From contig CAZSNG010000005.1 of the NCBI GenBank assembly GCA_964608345.1, forward strand, positions 6,261-70,260: a stretch of DNA of 64,000 bases, given 5' to 3'. The position numbers were made by a program, and so were the translations under genes. This DNA is from an uncultured Thermotogae bacterium. Its GTDB lineage: Bacteria; Bipolaricaulota; Bipolaricaulia; UBA7950; UBA9294. How positions within the stretch are numbered: position 1 is the first letter of the stretch; every line of letters starts with the position of its first letter. Of the stretch, positions 46,045 through 54,698 are shown one piece after another. The notes beneath the pieces are model-generated. The model saw only the letters and a program-made list of their open reading frames with translations. It searched no databases and was not told the DNA's origin.

Positions 46045-47256
46045 ATGCCGAGAAGCTTGATCGAGACGATGCGGCGGTACGATCGGCGATTCTGGACGTT
46101 GTTCTTCGTCCAGCTGATCGTCGCCGTCGGGTTCGGCGCGGCGATGCCGTTCGTCAGTATCTTCCTGTACGACGTGCTCGGCGTCTCGATGACCCTTGTC
46201 GGTGCGATCATGCTCGTCTCGGCGATCGCCGCAGCGGCCGGGCGGCTCGCCGGCGGCGAGATCGCGGATCGATTCGGGAGAAGGCCACTGATCGTCGCGG
46301 GAATGACTGCGCGCGTGCTCGTGTTCGCACTGATGGCCTACGTGATCTACATCCGGGCTCCCGCGCTGGTCGTTGGTGCGGTGTTCGTGGCGATTCGCCT
46401 CGTCGGCGCGATGGTGCGGCCCGGGCTCGCAGCGATGGTCGCGGACATCGTCGAGCCGGAGCGGCGCGTGGAGGCGTACGCGCTGTTTCGAATCGGTCAG
46501 AACGCCGGATGGGCGATCGGGCCGGCGATCGGTGGATTCCTCGTCGCCACGTCCTTCGCGTCGCTGTTTCTCCTGACGACCTTCGCCAGCTTGGTCGGGC
46601 TGCTGCTGCTGGTCTTCCTGACCGGAGAGTCGATTCGGTCGGCCGAAACGACGCGGTTCTCCCTTCGCCGGGTCCTCGACGTGGCCCACGACCTTCGCTT
46701 CCTGGTCTTCTGCGGGTGGAGCCTGCTGCTGTACGTGGTCATGGGGCAGTTCGCGAGCACGCTGGCGGTGTTCTCGACCGACGTTGTGGGGATCACGAAG
46801 GCTCAGCTGGGGATCCTGTTTACGGTGAACGGCGTAGCCGTGGTCCTGTTCCAGTGGTCGGCGGCGAAACTCTCGAACCGGTTCGGGATCCGGTGGGGTC
46901 TGGTCACGGGCTGCCTTCTCTACGCAGCGGGCTACTTCTCGGTCTCCTGGGCGTCCGCGTTCCCGCTGTTGATCGGGTCGATGGTCGTGATTACGCTCGG
47001 CGAGGTGACGTTCTCGCCGACGTCGATGGCGGCGGTCGCCAACATGGCGCCCATGGACCGCATCGGCCGCTACATGGGGTTTTTCGGCTTGACGGAGGGC
47101 CTTGGATGGTCTCTCGGCCCGTTCGTCGGCGGGATCCTCTTCGACGCGCTGTCGGGAACGCCCGTCGCGTTGTGGGGAATCATCGCGGCAATCGGCGTGA
47201 CGGCGGCGATCGGTTTTGCGGCGACGACGCGGAGCGACCGGATGGAAGGTGGTTGA
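46045..47256 (+). CDS. MFS transporter
   Basis: ORF 45994..47256 trimmed to MPRSLIETMRRYDRR (ATG 46045). 12 hydrophobic helices with GEIADRFGRRP motif. Stop lies 2 nt before the next gene start. Confidence 0.8.
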   Translation: MPRSLIETMRRYDRRFWTLFFVQLIVAVGFGAAMPFVSIFLYDVLGVSMTLVGAIMLVSAIAAAAGRLAGGEIADRFGRRPLIVAGMTARVLVFALMAYVIYIRAPALVVGAVFVAIRLVGAMVRPGLAAMVADIVEPERRVEAYALFRIGQNAGWAIGPAIGGFLVATSFASLFLLTTFASLVGLLLLVFLTGESIRSAETTRFSLRRVLDVAHDLRFLVFCGWSLLLYVVMGQFASTLAVFSTDVVGITKAQLGILFTVNGVAVVLFQWSAAKLSNRFGIRWGLVTGCLLYAAGYFSVSWASAFPLLIGSMVVITLGEVTFSPTSMAAVANMAPMDRIGRYMGFFGLTEGLGWSLGPFVGGILFDALSGTPVALWGIIAAIGVTAAIGFAATTRSDRMEGG

Positions 47257-47257
47257 A

Positions 47258-48208
47258 ATGCGCCGTAGACGGGTCTGGTGGATCGCGGGTGGGGTTGTGC
47301 TGGTGGCGGCCGTGGTCGCGGTCCTGCTGTTGACGCGGCCTTCGGTGGCCGGGCCGTACGTGCTGTCGGCGTGGGAGTACGGCGCGATCGCGTGGGTCGA
47401 TCCGTCTCCGGACCACCGTGCGGATCGGGCGGTTGAGGCGAGTAGGCTGTTCGTCGATGTGTTCGCGCTGTGGGGATACGAGCCGCCGGAGCCGGTCGAG
47501 GGAGGGCGCGTGGCGAAGAAAGCCGATCCTGCCGGTGGTGCGTCGGTCGACCTCCGGGCGCTCGAGTGGAAGGGGGCTCTGCTCCCTCCGCTGGTGGTGC
47601 TCGTCTTCCCGGACGAGGAGTCGCTGGCCGAAGCGACGGGGATGGATGACGAATCGGTCACGTTCGCCTACGGCGTCGCCCCCGAGACCTCGTTCGGCGA
47701 CGAGCCGCCGGAGCCCGTGTCCGAGTGGCTTGCCGACCTGACCGGCGCGTCGATCGCGTTCGTCTGCACGGCCGATCGGTGGGAGGAGCTGTTCGTCGGG
47801 GAGGCGGCGAAGTGGATGCTCGGACGAGCGATGGAGATCCCCGAGCTGTGCGAATGCACGCCATACGGTCTGCCGCGACTGATCCGGGAGGGGATTGCCG
47901 GCTTCTCCGCAGGCCGGCTCCTCGGAGGTGAGGATCGGGTCGCTGCGGCGACGGCATGGGCCGAAACGAACGGACTGCCGACGGGCGCCGACGTGGAACC
48001 GCTCGTCTTCGATGTGGATACCGACACGATCACCACCCTCGGAACCAGCTTCATTGCCTATCTCGTCGAGGAGCACGGGACCGACGGGCTGGCGAGCGCG
48101 ATCTGCAATTGGCACTCCGGATCGTCGAGATGGTGTCGGATGTCGGAATCGAGAACGCTCCTCTACCTGAGGGGGTGGCGAGCATTCCTGGGCGTCGAAG
48201 AGGAGTGA
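47258..48208 (+). CDS. membrane-anchored hypothetical protein, paralog 1 of tandem pair
   Basis: ORF 47216..48208 trimmed to MRRRRVWWIAGGVVLVAAVVAVLLL (ATG 47258, AAGGTGG SD). Single N-terminal TM then ~280-aa domain with conserved WEYGAIAWVDP, EAAKWML, CECTPY.LPRL.REG.AG.S and RGWR.FL. No recognisable family. Confidence 0.6.
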   Translation: MRRRRVWWIAGGVVLVAAVVAVLLLTRPSVAGPYVLSAWEYGAIAWVDPSPDHRADRAVEASRLFVDVFALWGYEPPEPVEGGRVAKKADPAGGASVDLRALEWKGALLPPLVVLVFPDEESLAEATGMDDESVTFAYGVAPETSFGDEPPEPVSEWLADLTGASIAFVCTADRWEELFVGEAAKWMLGRAMEIPELCECTPYGLPRLIREGIAGFSAGRLLGGEDRVAAATAWAETNGLPTGADVEPLVFDVDTDTITTLGTSFIAYLVEEHGTDGLASAICNWHSGSSRWCRMSESRTLLYLRGWRAFLGVEEE

Positions 48209-48255
48209 TCAAACAGCGGAGACTGGACGGGCTGTACCGATGAAAGGCGGTGAGG

Positions 48256-49215
48256 ATGCGCTCTAGACGGGCTTGGTGGATCGCGGCAGGAGCTGTCGTG
48301 GTGGTGGCGGTCGTGGTCGCTGTTCTGCTGCTGACGCGTTCTTCAGCGAACGGGCCGTACACGGTGTCGGCGTGGGAGTACGGCGCGATCGCGTGGGTCG
48401 ATCCGGCCCCTGCGGACGTGACGGGTCGAGCCGTAGAGGCGGCGGAGTTGTTCGAGGCCGTCTATGAGCTGTGGGGGTTCGAACCGCCGGCGCCGGTCGA
48501 CGGTGGCCGTGTGGCGAGGCGAGGCGACCCGGCCGGCGGGCCGTCGATCGACCTTCGCGCGACGGAGTGGAGAGGCTCCCTCGTGCCCCCGATCGTCGTG
48601 GTCGTGTTCCCCGACACGAGCAGCTTCGCGGCGGCCACCGGGATGGAGGGCGAGTCGGTGACGCTGACCTACGGCGGCGGCCCCGAGCGCCGCTTCGATG
48701 AGGAGACCGTGGAGGCGTCACTGGCGAGCTGGCTGACCGAGCTGACCGGCGCGTCGGTCGCGTTCGTCTGCGCGGCGGACCGGTGGGAGGAATCGCTCGT
48801 CGGCGAAGCGGCGAAGTGGATGCTCCGGCAGGCGATGCAGATTCCCGATCTATGCGAGTGCACGCCGTACAGTCTGCCCCGGCTGCTGCGAGAGGGGTTT
48901 GCCGGGTACTCGACCGCCCGCATTCTCGATCGTGACGATCGGCTGGAAGAGGCCCGCGCGTGGGCAGCGGAGAACGAGATCTCGACGAACATCGAGGGTG
49001 ACCCGCTCAACTTGGGAGTCGAGGGGGAGACGTTGACCGTCCTCGGCACGAGTTTCGTCACGCATCTTCTCGAGGAGTACGCGGACGACGAACTGGTCCG
49101 CGAGATCTGTGCTTGGCGAGGATACACATCGTACTGCGGGCCTTCGACATCCAAGACGCTCAGATACCTTCGGGGTTGGCGGGACTTCCTCGTGGGCACC
49201 GAGGAGGAAGCGTAG
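48256..49215 (+). CDS. membrane-anchored hypothetical protein, paralog 2 of tandem pair
   Basis: ATG 48256 (AAAGGCGGTGAGG SD; the ORF-table start 48250 is a GTG). About 60% identical to 47258..48208 with the same conserved blocks. Shares an identical 39-nt stretch with paralog 1. Confidence 0.6.
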   Translation: MRSRRAWWIAAGAVVVVAVVVAVLLLTRSSANGPYTVSAWEYGAIAWVDPAPADVTGRAVEAAELFEAVYELWGFEPPAPVDGGRVARRGDPAGGPSIDLRATEWRGSLVPPIVVVVFPDTSSFAAATGMEGESVTLTYGGGPERRFDEETVEASLASWLTELTGASVAFVCAADRWEESLVGEAAKWMLRQAMQIPDLCECTPYSLPRLLREGFAGYSTARILDRDDRLEEARAWAAENEISTNIEGDPLNLGVEGETLTVLGTSFVTHLLEEYADDELVREICAWRGYTSYCGPSTSKTLRYLRGWRDFLVGTEEEA

Positions 49216-49283
49216 GGGCTGGATCGCCTCGGGAACGGTGCCTAGCCGAGAGAGTAGATAGGCAAACCCCTTCGGAGGGAACC

Positions 49284-51215
49284 ATGCGCACCAGCTTCCG
49301 CATCGCTGTCGGCATCGTAGGAGTTCTGGCCATCGGGCTGCTCCTCGGCATCGGAGAGACATCCGACCCGGCTACGCCCGGGGAGAACCAGTTGATGAAC
49401 CCCGGCCTGGAGGAGGGAACCGGGAGTCGCCCGGCCGGATGGACGGCGATTGCGCTCCCCGGCGGCGCAGGGGAGATCGACTTCGCGTGGAGCGAGCGAA
49501 CGGCGCACGAAGGGCGTCGATCGCTTCAGATCTCCACGACCGACACGCGGCGAGGGATCTGGCAGCAGGTCGTTCCCGCGCGGCCCGGGACCGTCTACAC
49601 GTTCTCCGCCTACGTAGCGCTCGAGGCCGTCGAGCGCGACCGTGGCAACTGCCGCCTACAGGTCGTCTTCCGCGATGCGGCAGGGAGGTTGCTCGAGTTT
49701 GTCGACTACCCCGGGCACGACGGGACGCGGCCGTTCGAGCTCGACTTCGCGGCGCAGCTGAAGTTCCGGGCGCCGGAAGGGACGGCGCGGGCCGAGGTCA
49801 ATGCCTTCCTGCAGGGACCGGGGACCGCATGGTTCGACGATCTCGATTTCGCCGAGGCATTGATTGGCGAGATCGCCGGCCGCGTGACGAGCGCCGGCGT
49901 GCCGGTCGAAGGAGCAACGGTCTGGATCCACGGCGATCCGTGGGGCATGCCGGTCGAGGCGGTCACAGACGCAGCCGGGCGGTATCTGCTGGCCGACGTC
50001 CCGGTCGCCTTCCCTCGATACATCGTGCTCGCCGCCAAGGACGGGTACAGGACCGTGCCGCAGGGAGAAATTGCCGTCGAGGAGGGCAAGGCGACGAACC
50101 TCGACTTCGAACTCGTGCCGGGAGCCGACCCACTCGACGACCTCGAAATCCGCTACGGATTCCTCGCGAAGGCCGCGTTCCAGGAGCGAGCCGAGGTCCC
50201 GGAGGATGCGCTCATTCCGGCAGAGGTCTCCGGCTATCCCGCGTCGGTGCATGAGTTCCTCGAGGCGGACGAGTACATCACGTCCGACGACCCGGCCGTT
50301 CGGGCCCGGGCGGCGGAGCTGCTTGCGTCGATCCCCGCGGCGGACCGGACGAGCACGTACGCCGTGGCATGGGCGGTCTTCGAGTGGATCAGCAGGACCT
50401 TCAACCATGACGCCGTCTTCGGGAATGGACGGGATCCGTATCGCGACGTCACGAGTGGGATTTGGCAGACGATCCAGGACGGCGGCTGGTGTTGGGGACG
50501 AAGCTTCTACGACTGGGCGTACACCGCGGCCGAGTCTCTGCAACGCGGCAGCTTCATCTGTGTCGAGCACTCGTGGCTCTGCGCGGCGCTCCTGAGGGCA
50601 CTGAACATCCCGGCTCGAGCGCGTGTCGGGTCGGCGCAGTTCTGGGTTCAGACGACGGTCGACGACGGGTACTGGGTCGGGATGAGCACGAACGGCGGAT
50701 CGAACACGTACCGGGAGCACGGAATCCTCGGCAGCGGGTTCGGCGGCGCCGTCGAGCCGGTCTTCACTTCGGTGACGAGTGAGCCGTTCCTGCACGAGGA
50801 CTGGGATCTCGAGAACCCCGGCCTCTGGCACGAGACGCATCCGTGGGGAGAGTCGTATGAGGGAACGGACGGGGGACTGGCCCGTGCGATCTCCGATCTT
50901 GCGGTCTTCGTGCAAACGGGCGACGCGCCGCGCGGTGCGGTTCGCCGCATTCCGGGGGAGCCGACGTACGAGATCCAGTACTCCGCGATCACGATCAACC
51001 TGTACACCGTGGGCGATCAGCGGACACTCGACGTGCGGTTCCCGATCGTCAGCGAGTCCGACTTCTACACCGACACCGGCGAGCGTGCCTTCTGGACGAA
51101 CCATCCGGAGTGCGTCCTGCGAACGTGGGTCGAGGAGATCCTCAATCCGCCGGTCGAAGGCACCCAGCGCTGGTTTCACGTCGAGTTCGATCTGAGCAGC
51201 CTGATTCCCGGCTGA
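49284..51215 (+). CDS. secreted transglutaminase-like protein with N-terminal carbohydrate-binding-like and carboxypeptidase-regulatory-like domains
   Basis: ORF 49113..51215 trimmed to MRTSFRIAVGIVGVLAIGLLL (ATG 49284, GGAGGG SD). CBM-like jelly-roll segment (NPGLEEG…GW…VYTFSAYV), CarboxypepD_reg-like segment (GRVTSAGVPVEGATVWIHGD…DAAGRYLL), transglutaminase core CVEHSWLCAALLRALNIPARARVG. Confidence 0.7.
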   Translation: MRTSFRIAVGIVGVLAIGLLLGIGETSDPATPGENQLMNPGLEEGTGSRPAGWTAIALPGGAGEIDFAWSERTAHEGRRSLQISTTDTRRGIWQQVVPARPGTVYTFSAYVALEAVERDRGNCRLQVVFRDAAGRLLEFVDYPGHDGTRPFELDFAAQLKFRAPEGTARAEVNAFLQGPGTAWFDDLDFAEALIGEIAGRVTSAGVPVEGATVWIHGDPWGMPVEAVTDAAGRYLLADVPVAFPRYIVLAAKDGYRTVPQGEIAVEEGKATNLDFELVPGADPLDDLEIRYGFLAKAAFQERAEVPEDALIPAEVSGYPASVHEFLEADEYITSDDPAVRARAAELLASIPAADRTSTYAVAWAVFEWISRTFNHDAVFGNGRDPYRDVTSGIWQTIQDGGWCWGRSFYDWAYTAAESLQRGSFICVEHSWLCAALLRALNIPARARVGSAQFWVQTTVDDGYWVGMSTNGGSNTYREHGILGSGFGGAVEPVFTSVTSEPFLHEDWDLENPGLWHETHPWGESYEGTDGGLARAISDLAVFVQTGDAPRGAVRRIPGEPTYEIQYSAITINLYTVGDQRTLDVRFPIVSESDFYTDTGERAFWTNHPECVLRTWVEEILNPPVEGTQRWFHVEFDLSSLIPG

Positions 51216-51340
51216 TCGACGGTCCGCCTCGGCCTCTCGCCGTTTGCCTCACCTCCTTCGTCCGCGTAGGCTGTTCGAACAGGACGTAGGCAAACAGCGG
51301 ATCCGTTCGTTGAGACGGCCCAGAGCAGGGAGGGGCACCG

Positions 51341-52819
51341 ATGCAGCCGATCGTGCTGATTCACGGATACAGTGCGGAGGGGAAGAGCCGGAAGGTCAAG
51401 GAGATCTATGGCTCGCTGCCGAAGGATCTGCGGGCGCGATTCGGGCGGCCGAACGTCGTGGAGATCGACCTCAGCCGGTGGATCTCCCTCAGCGACGGCA
51501 TTGCGCTCGACGACATCAGCTTTGCCCTGGAGCGAGCGCTTCGGAGCAGGGCGTACAGGTCGCTCCTTGATTCCGGATTCCACGTGGTCATCCATAGTAC
51601 CGGCGCGTTGGTGATCCGGAACTGGCTTCGGCTGTTCGGGGAGAAGCCCGCTCCCGTCGCGAATCTGGTCCACCTTGCGGGCGCGAACTTCGGCAGCGGC
51701 CTCGCCCACATCGGCCAGGGACAGCTCGTGCGTTGGGGGAGGGAGATCTTCCAGGACGTCGAGAGCGGTGTGCGCGTCTTGAGCGAGCTGGAACTCGGGG
51801 CGACGAAGACGCTCGATCTGCATCTTGGCTTCCTGGAGAGCGGCCGCCAGATGTCCAAGGACTACGGGGTCCGCGAGTTCTGCATGATCGGGTCGCAGTC
51901 GTCCGATCTGATGCAACTCGTTCCGATCCGCTACGTGAAAGAAGACTCGGCGGACGGCGTCGTGCGAACGAGTGCAGGGAACCTCAACTTCAACCACATC
52001 AGGATCGCGGCGACTCGCAAGGGGCAGCGGATTGGTGCGAGGAGGCTGGAGGGTGAACTGAAGCGGCGGTTGGCGAACGAGGTCGTCGCCGAGGACTCCT
52101 ACGAGGTGACTGAGCTGTGGATTGCCGATGAGCACGACACGATTCCGTTCGTGCTGCTGTACGAGACGAGCCACTCCGGGGGAGAGAGTGGGATCGTCGC
52201 CGGGACGGAGAACCGCGGCGAGGTCCTGGACCGCATCGAGGCAGCGCTTCGGACGGAAGACGAGGGGGCATACCGTCGGCTTGCGACGACCTGGGCGACC
52301 CACACGGAGAACGTTCTCGTTCGCGCGGCCGAATTGAAGCGGTCGGTTCTTGACTGGAGCCCGCAGAAGGAGTACGAAGGCCACTCACAGCTGGTCTTTC
52401 GGATCCGTGACCAGTACGAGCAGGACGTCGAGCATCATGAGATCACGTTCCGATCGGAGCCGCCGGCGAACCGGCGGAGGCCGCATCGGCTCGAGCGGAT
52501 GATCGAGGACGTGCACGTGAACCGGCTGAACCCGGGTACGGCGACGTACTATCTGCGTACACAGAGATACCGCGGCAAGGATGCGAAGAAACGGCCTCGT
52601 TGGGTGAATCAACTCAACCGGGTTGCGCCGGTACGCTTCGAGATCTCCGGCTTCGAACCGCAGTCCGAGGAGATTCGCTACGTCCCGCTGAACGTGCGCA
52701 TCAGCGGCGAGGACCTGGCGCGCTTCATCCAGCCGTTCCGAACGACGGTGATCGACGTCGTGCTGCAACGGCTGCCCTCGGAGAAGGTCTTCGAGCTCAC
52801 GCGGTACCGCTCTCGATAG
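51341..52819 (+). CDS. alpha/beta-hydrolase (lipase-like) fused to ~250-aa C-terminal domain of unknown function
   Basis: 492 aa. GGGAGGGG SD before ATG 51341. N-terminus MQPIVLIHGYSAEG…VVIHSTGALVIRNWL (nucleophile elbow variant IHSTG). C-terminal half (…TFRSEPPANRRRPHRLERMIEDVHVNRLNPGTATYY…) has no motif I recognise. Confidence 0.65.
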   Translation: MQPIVLIHGYSAEGKSRKVKEIYGSLPKDLRARFGRPNVVEIDLSRWISLSDGIALDDISFALERALRSRAYRSLLDSGFHVVIHSTGALVIRNWLRLFGEKPAPVANLVHLAGANFGSGLAHIGQGQLVRWGREIFQDVESGVRVLSELELGATKTLDLHLGFLESGRQMSKDYGVREFCMIGSQSSDLMQLVPIRYVKEDSADGVVRTSAGNLNFNHIRIAATRKGQRIGARRLEGELKRRLANEVVAEDSYEVTELWIADEHDTIPFVLLYETSHSGGESGIVAGTENRGEVLDRIEAALRTEDEGAYRRLATTWATHTENVLVRAAELKRSVLDWSPQKEYEGHSQLVFRIRDQYEQDVEHHEITFRSEPPANRRRPHRLERMIEDVHVNRLNPGTATYYLRTQRYRGKDAKKRPRWVNQLNRVAPVRFEISGFEPQSEEIRYVPLNVRISGEDLARFIQPFRTTVIDVVLQRLPSEKVFELTRYRSR

Positions 52820-53555
52820 GCGAGGCGGCCTGTCGCTGTTCGAGTGATGCGACTGCGTCGGAGCGTGAAGGGTGGGCGAGGAAACGCTTGACGACGATCT
52901 CGGCGACGTCGTTTGGCGGTGGGGCGGTGCGAAGCGCCCGGAGGACATGGCGGGCCGGTTTCAGCCCGGCCACGAGAATCAGCCGCAGGAAGAACCTCGC
53001 CTTGCGTGACGAAATCTCGGGATGCGCCTGGATCCCCCAGACCGGCCGGTCTCCGTAGCGGAGGACGTGCGTGTCGCAGTGCTCGGTTCGTCCGAGCTTG
53101 CGCCATGGCGGCGGCGGATCCGCGGCCTCATCGAAGTGGAACACGAACGTCGACCACGGATCGGGAAGCCCATCGAACAGCGGATCGGCCTCGATCCGCT
53201 CGATTCGCGCCCAGCCGACCTCCGGCGGGTCGGAGCGCTTCAGGTGCTCCGAGCCGGATAGCGCGCGGACCAACATCTGGTGCCCGAAGCACGAGCCGAG
53301 GATCGGGAGCCCTTGGTCCACCGCGTCTCGGATCAGCCGGGCCTCGGCCTCGAACCACGGCTTCGGATGGAGGATCGACGCCTCCGACCCGGTCAGCAGG
53401 ACGTGCGTAAACGGCTCGAGCGTCGGCAACGGCCCCCCGGATGGGACGTTCACGGACGTCGTGTCGATTCCCCTCAGATGCGCCTTCCAGTGCCACGACG
53501 GCTTGAACAGCAGGCGGTGAATCGCGTTGTCGACGATCAGGACGTGCGGCGACAT
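52797..53555 (-). CDS. class I glutamine amidotransferase-like protein
   Basis: 252 aa. Nucleophile GSCFGHQML, His-Glu region GIQAHPE. ATG rc 53553-53555. Convergent 23-nt overlap with the 51341..52819 gene. Confidence 0.7.
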   Translation of the reverse strand: MSPHVLIVDNAIHRLLFKPSWHWKAHLRGIDTTSVNVPSGGPLPTLEPFTHVLLTGSEASILHPKPWFEAEARLIRDAVDQGLPILGSCFGHQMLVRALSGSEHLKRSDPPEVGWARIERIEADPLFDGLPDPWSTFVFHFDEAADPPPPWRKLGRTEHCDTHVLRYGDRPVWGIQAHPEISSRKARFFLRLILVAGLKPARHVLRALRTAPPPNDVAEIVVKRFLAHPSRSDAVASLEQRQAASPIESGTA

Positions 53556-53663
53556 GCTCGGAGTATATCGCTCGACGGGATTGGCAAGGCGACGCCCCCT
53601 TGCTATGCTGGAGAACCATTCAACTGTGAGATACGACGCGATGCCTGCGGAAGGAAGGTGTGC

Positions 53664-54380
53664 ATGGCTGGGAACGGTGACAAGGAGAACCGAAGGACAA
53701 GGAATATCCTTGCCGGCAGCGTGCTGGGGATCTCAACCGTCGGGATTCTCCTGCTGGCTGGCATGGCGGTCAACTCGGCGACAACCGACCCGAAGGAGAT
53801 CTTCAACATCGTGCTGCCTGTCTTCGCGACGTGGGTCGGGACAGTGCTCGCATTCTACTTCGGGCGCGAGAACTTCGAGTCGGCGAGTCGTGAGGTTCAG
53901 AAGGTCGTCGAGAAGCTCACCGGCGAGCAACGGGCCAAGGCGGCGATTGCCCACATCATGCGGAAGATTGGCCAGATGACGTGCCTTCGTCTCTCAGCGG
54001 AGCAAACTGAGGACACACGGGACGTCGGCTTTCTTCTTGACTTCATGCGGAACGCCCACGTAACGCGCCTGCCAGTGCTCAGAGAGGACGGGAGCGTGAA
54101 GTACATGGTCCATGAGAGCACCGTGAGCAAGTACCTTGCCGCGGACGAGCATGAGAGGGGGAATGCGCTGCGATCGCTGGTTGACGCGCACGCCGAGTTC
54201 GTCACGCTCGACAGTGGATTCGTCGTCGTGCCTGAGTCCGCAACCATCGCAACGGCCAAGACGAAGATGGCGCAGGCGCGAGCGTGCCAAGACATCTTCG
54301 TCACGAAGTCCGGAAATCCGGAGGAACCGATCCTTGGCTGGGTCTCGAATGTCCGGTTGGCCAAGTTCATTGAGACGTAG
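53664..54380 (+). CDS. membrane-anchored CBS-domain-like protein
   Basis: Sub-ORF of 53280..54380 from MAGNGDKENRR (ATG 53664, AAGGAAGGTG SD). Two hydrophobic helices then a C-terminal pair of CBS-like segments (VTRLPVLREDGSVKYMV…, FVVVPESATIATAKTKM…ILGWVSNVRLAKFI). Confidence 0.55.
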   Translation: MAGNGDKENRRTRNILAGSVLGISTVGILLLAGMAVNSATTDPKEIFNIVLPVFATWVGTVLAFYFGRENFESASREVQKVVEKLTGEQRAKAAIAHIMRKIGQMTCLRLSAEQTEDTRDVGFLLDFMRNAHVTRLPVLREDGSVKYMVHESTVSKYLAADEHERGNALRSLVDAHAEFVTLDSGFVVVPESATIATAKTKMAQARACQDIFVTKSGNPEEPILGWVSNVRLAKFIET

Positions 54381-54527
54381 GTCGGGTTTGCGCAAACTCA
54401 AGAGCGGCTGAGCCGCGGTGGCTACCGCGTGGGAGAGGCGTGCCCCGAGTGCGGTGCGACGATCGAGAAGATCAAGACCGGCTCGACGTCGAGTTTCGTC
54501 TGCCCGAACTTCCAACCGACCCCATAG
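54381..54527 (+). pseudogene. relic of the C-terminal zinc finger of an Fpg/Nei-family DNA glycosylase
   Basis: Open frame immediately after the TAG of the CBS gene, with no start codon, reads …[37 protein letters not shown]. Compare the Fpg zinc finger YxRxGxPCxxCGxxI…RxTxxCPxCQ; here the fourth Cys is replaced by Phe and the conserved Arg by Thr. Confidence 0.4.
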
Positions 54528-54698
54528 CCTGGGCGGTTGGGAACGCAGGCACCCGTCTGATCCGGTTTCATGCAAAACGTAATGAATGTTACACTCGTTC
54601 GCTTCCGGATGCCGTCGTCAGGCCACTGAGCAGCGGCGCTGCCTGGGCTTGCCGTGCGCTGGACTCCGCTCCCGAACCGGGATAAGGTTGAGGGCATT

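Noticed and set aside
51176-52384. 402-aa ORF on the minus strand opposite the alpha/beta-hydrolase fusion gene
   Set aside because: Antisense to a well-supported gene. Product is R/P/A-rich low complexity, typical of spurious ORFs in high-GC DNA. No SD.
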